Assembly: GCA_025774805.1 (NCBI GenBank)
Contig: JALGZR010000019.1
Span: forward strand, 3,387-67,386
Reading direction: 5' to 3'
DNA from: a bacterium
GTDB taxonomy: Bacteria > ARS69
Length of the DNA: 64,000 nt
The position numbers and the translations under genes are program-made. A model generated the notes under the pieces. It did not search any database and was not told the DNA's origin. It worked only from the letters and a program-made list of their open reading frames with translations. Below, piece after piece: positions 63,043-64,000 of the stretch (position 1 is its first letter; the number at the start of each line of letters is the position of its first letter).

Positions 63043-63438
63043 TCAGCTCCGGTTGAAGCGGTCCTTGATGCGCTTCATCGTGAGGTGGCGGTGCTTCGCG
63101 GTCGCGAACTTCTCGCCCTGCCCCTGTCCCCGCAGGGAATCGACTTCGGCCGAGGCTCCGCTGACGTCGATGTCCTGAAGCTGACAGGCGCCGTCGGTGA
63201 GCACGGTGACCTTGTCGTCGGCGACCTGTACGAATCCGCCCTCGATGAAGAGGACCTCGGTCCGATCGCCCCGGGACATGCGCAGCTCGCCGAGACCGAG
63301 CTTGGCGAGGAGACGCGCGTGACCGGGGAGGATCCCCACCTCCCCGTCCCAGGCCGGAACGGTCACGGCGTCGAACTCCTCGTCGAGAAGGGACTTCTCC
63401 GGAGTCACCACCGTGCAGCGGAGCTTCTTGGCCGCCAT
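63043..63438 (-). CDS. atpC: F-type ATP synthase epsilon subunit
   Basis: LRCTVVTPEKSLLDEEFDAVTVPAWDGEVGILPGHARLLAKL. Directly downstream of atpD. Confidence 0.9.
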   Translation of the reverse strand: MAAKKLRCTVVTPEKSLLDEEFDAVTVPAWDGEVGILPGHARLLAKLGLGELRMSRGDRTEVLFIEGGFVQVADDKVTVLTDGACQLQDIDVSGASAEVDSLRGQGQGEKFATAKHRHLTMKRIKDRFNRS

Positions 63439-63478
63439 CGCGCTCGTCTCTCCTTCGTCTCTCGGTCCGCGGAGCTCC

Positions 63479-64000
<522 letters not shown>

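Overview
GC-rich bacterial window (by eye well above 60% G+C) with about 60 protein genes. I saw no rRNA, tRNA, CRISPR array or transposase gene. Nt 1-33.7 kb is one continuous dissimilatory sulfur-metabolism supercluster. In order it holds: qmoB (partial) and qmoC in an operon with a second DsrJ/DsrO/DsrP-like module; a CheY-like regulator plus a histidine kinase with two CxxCH motifs; a REC-GcvH-like regulator plus a PAS kinase; a MazG-like gene; a second DsrM/DsrK-like pair; a YeiH-family transporter; dsrA-dsrB-dsrD, an unknown helical protein, dsrL, dsrN, a HEAT protein, a TPR protein, dsrC, dsrT and dsrMKJOP; an Npsr-like CoA-disulfide-reductase/rhodanese fusion; and a SirC-CobA-(half HemD) siroheme synthase. 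Next come a PhnD-like binding protein, a kinase and an NtrC-type sigma54 activator (33.6-37.4 kb), then a second CheY/diheme-kinase pair (37.6-39.6 kb). The rest (39.8-64 kb) holds polysaccharide-modification genes (GT4, FAD oxidoreductase, deacetylase, DUF547, sulfotransferase), signalling genes (a REC-Cys4 regulator, an HDOD protein, a frameshifted hybrid kinase), lipoproteins and secreted proteins including a full-length tripeptidyl-peptidase-II homolog, an outer-membrane barrel, and atpC plus part of atpD. Three non-gene signals stand out. (1) Three near-consensus sigma54 -24/-12 promoters sit in front of the transporter, dsrA and dsrT-dsrMKJOP, each with a GTTAC-containing site about 100-120 bp upstream. 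(2) Three families of intergenic palindromic miniature elements all end in TAGCC...GGCTA and several of them supply the stop codon of the upstream gene. (3) qmoC overlaps the start of the extra JOP-like module. All calls come from reading the ORF translations and the DNA by eye. No database search was run.
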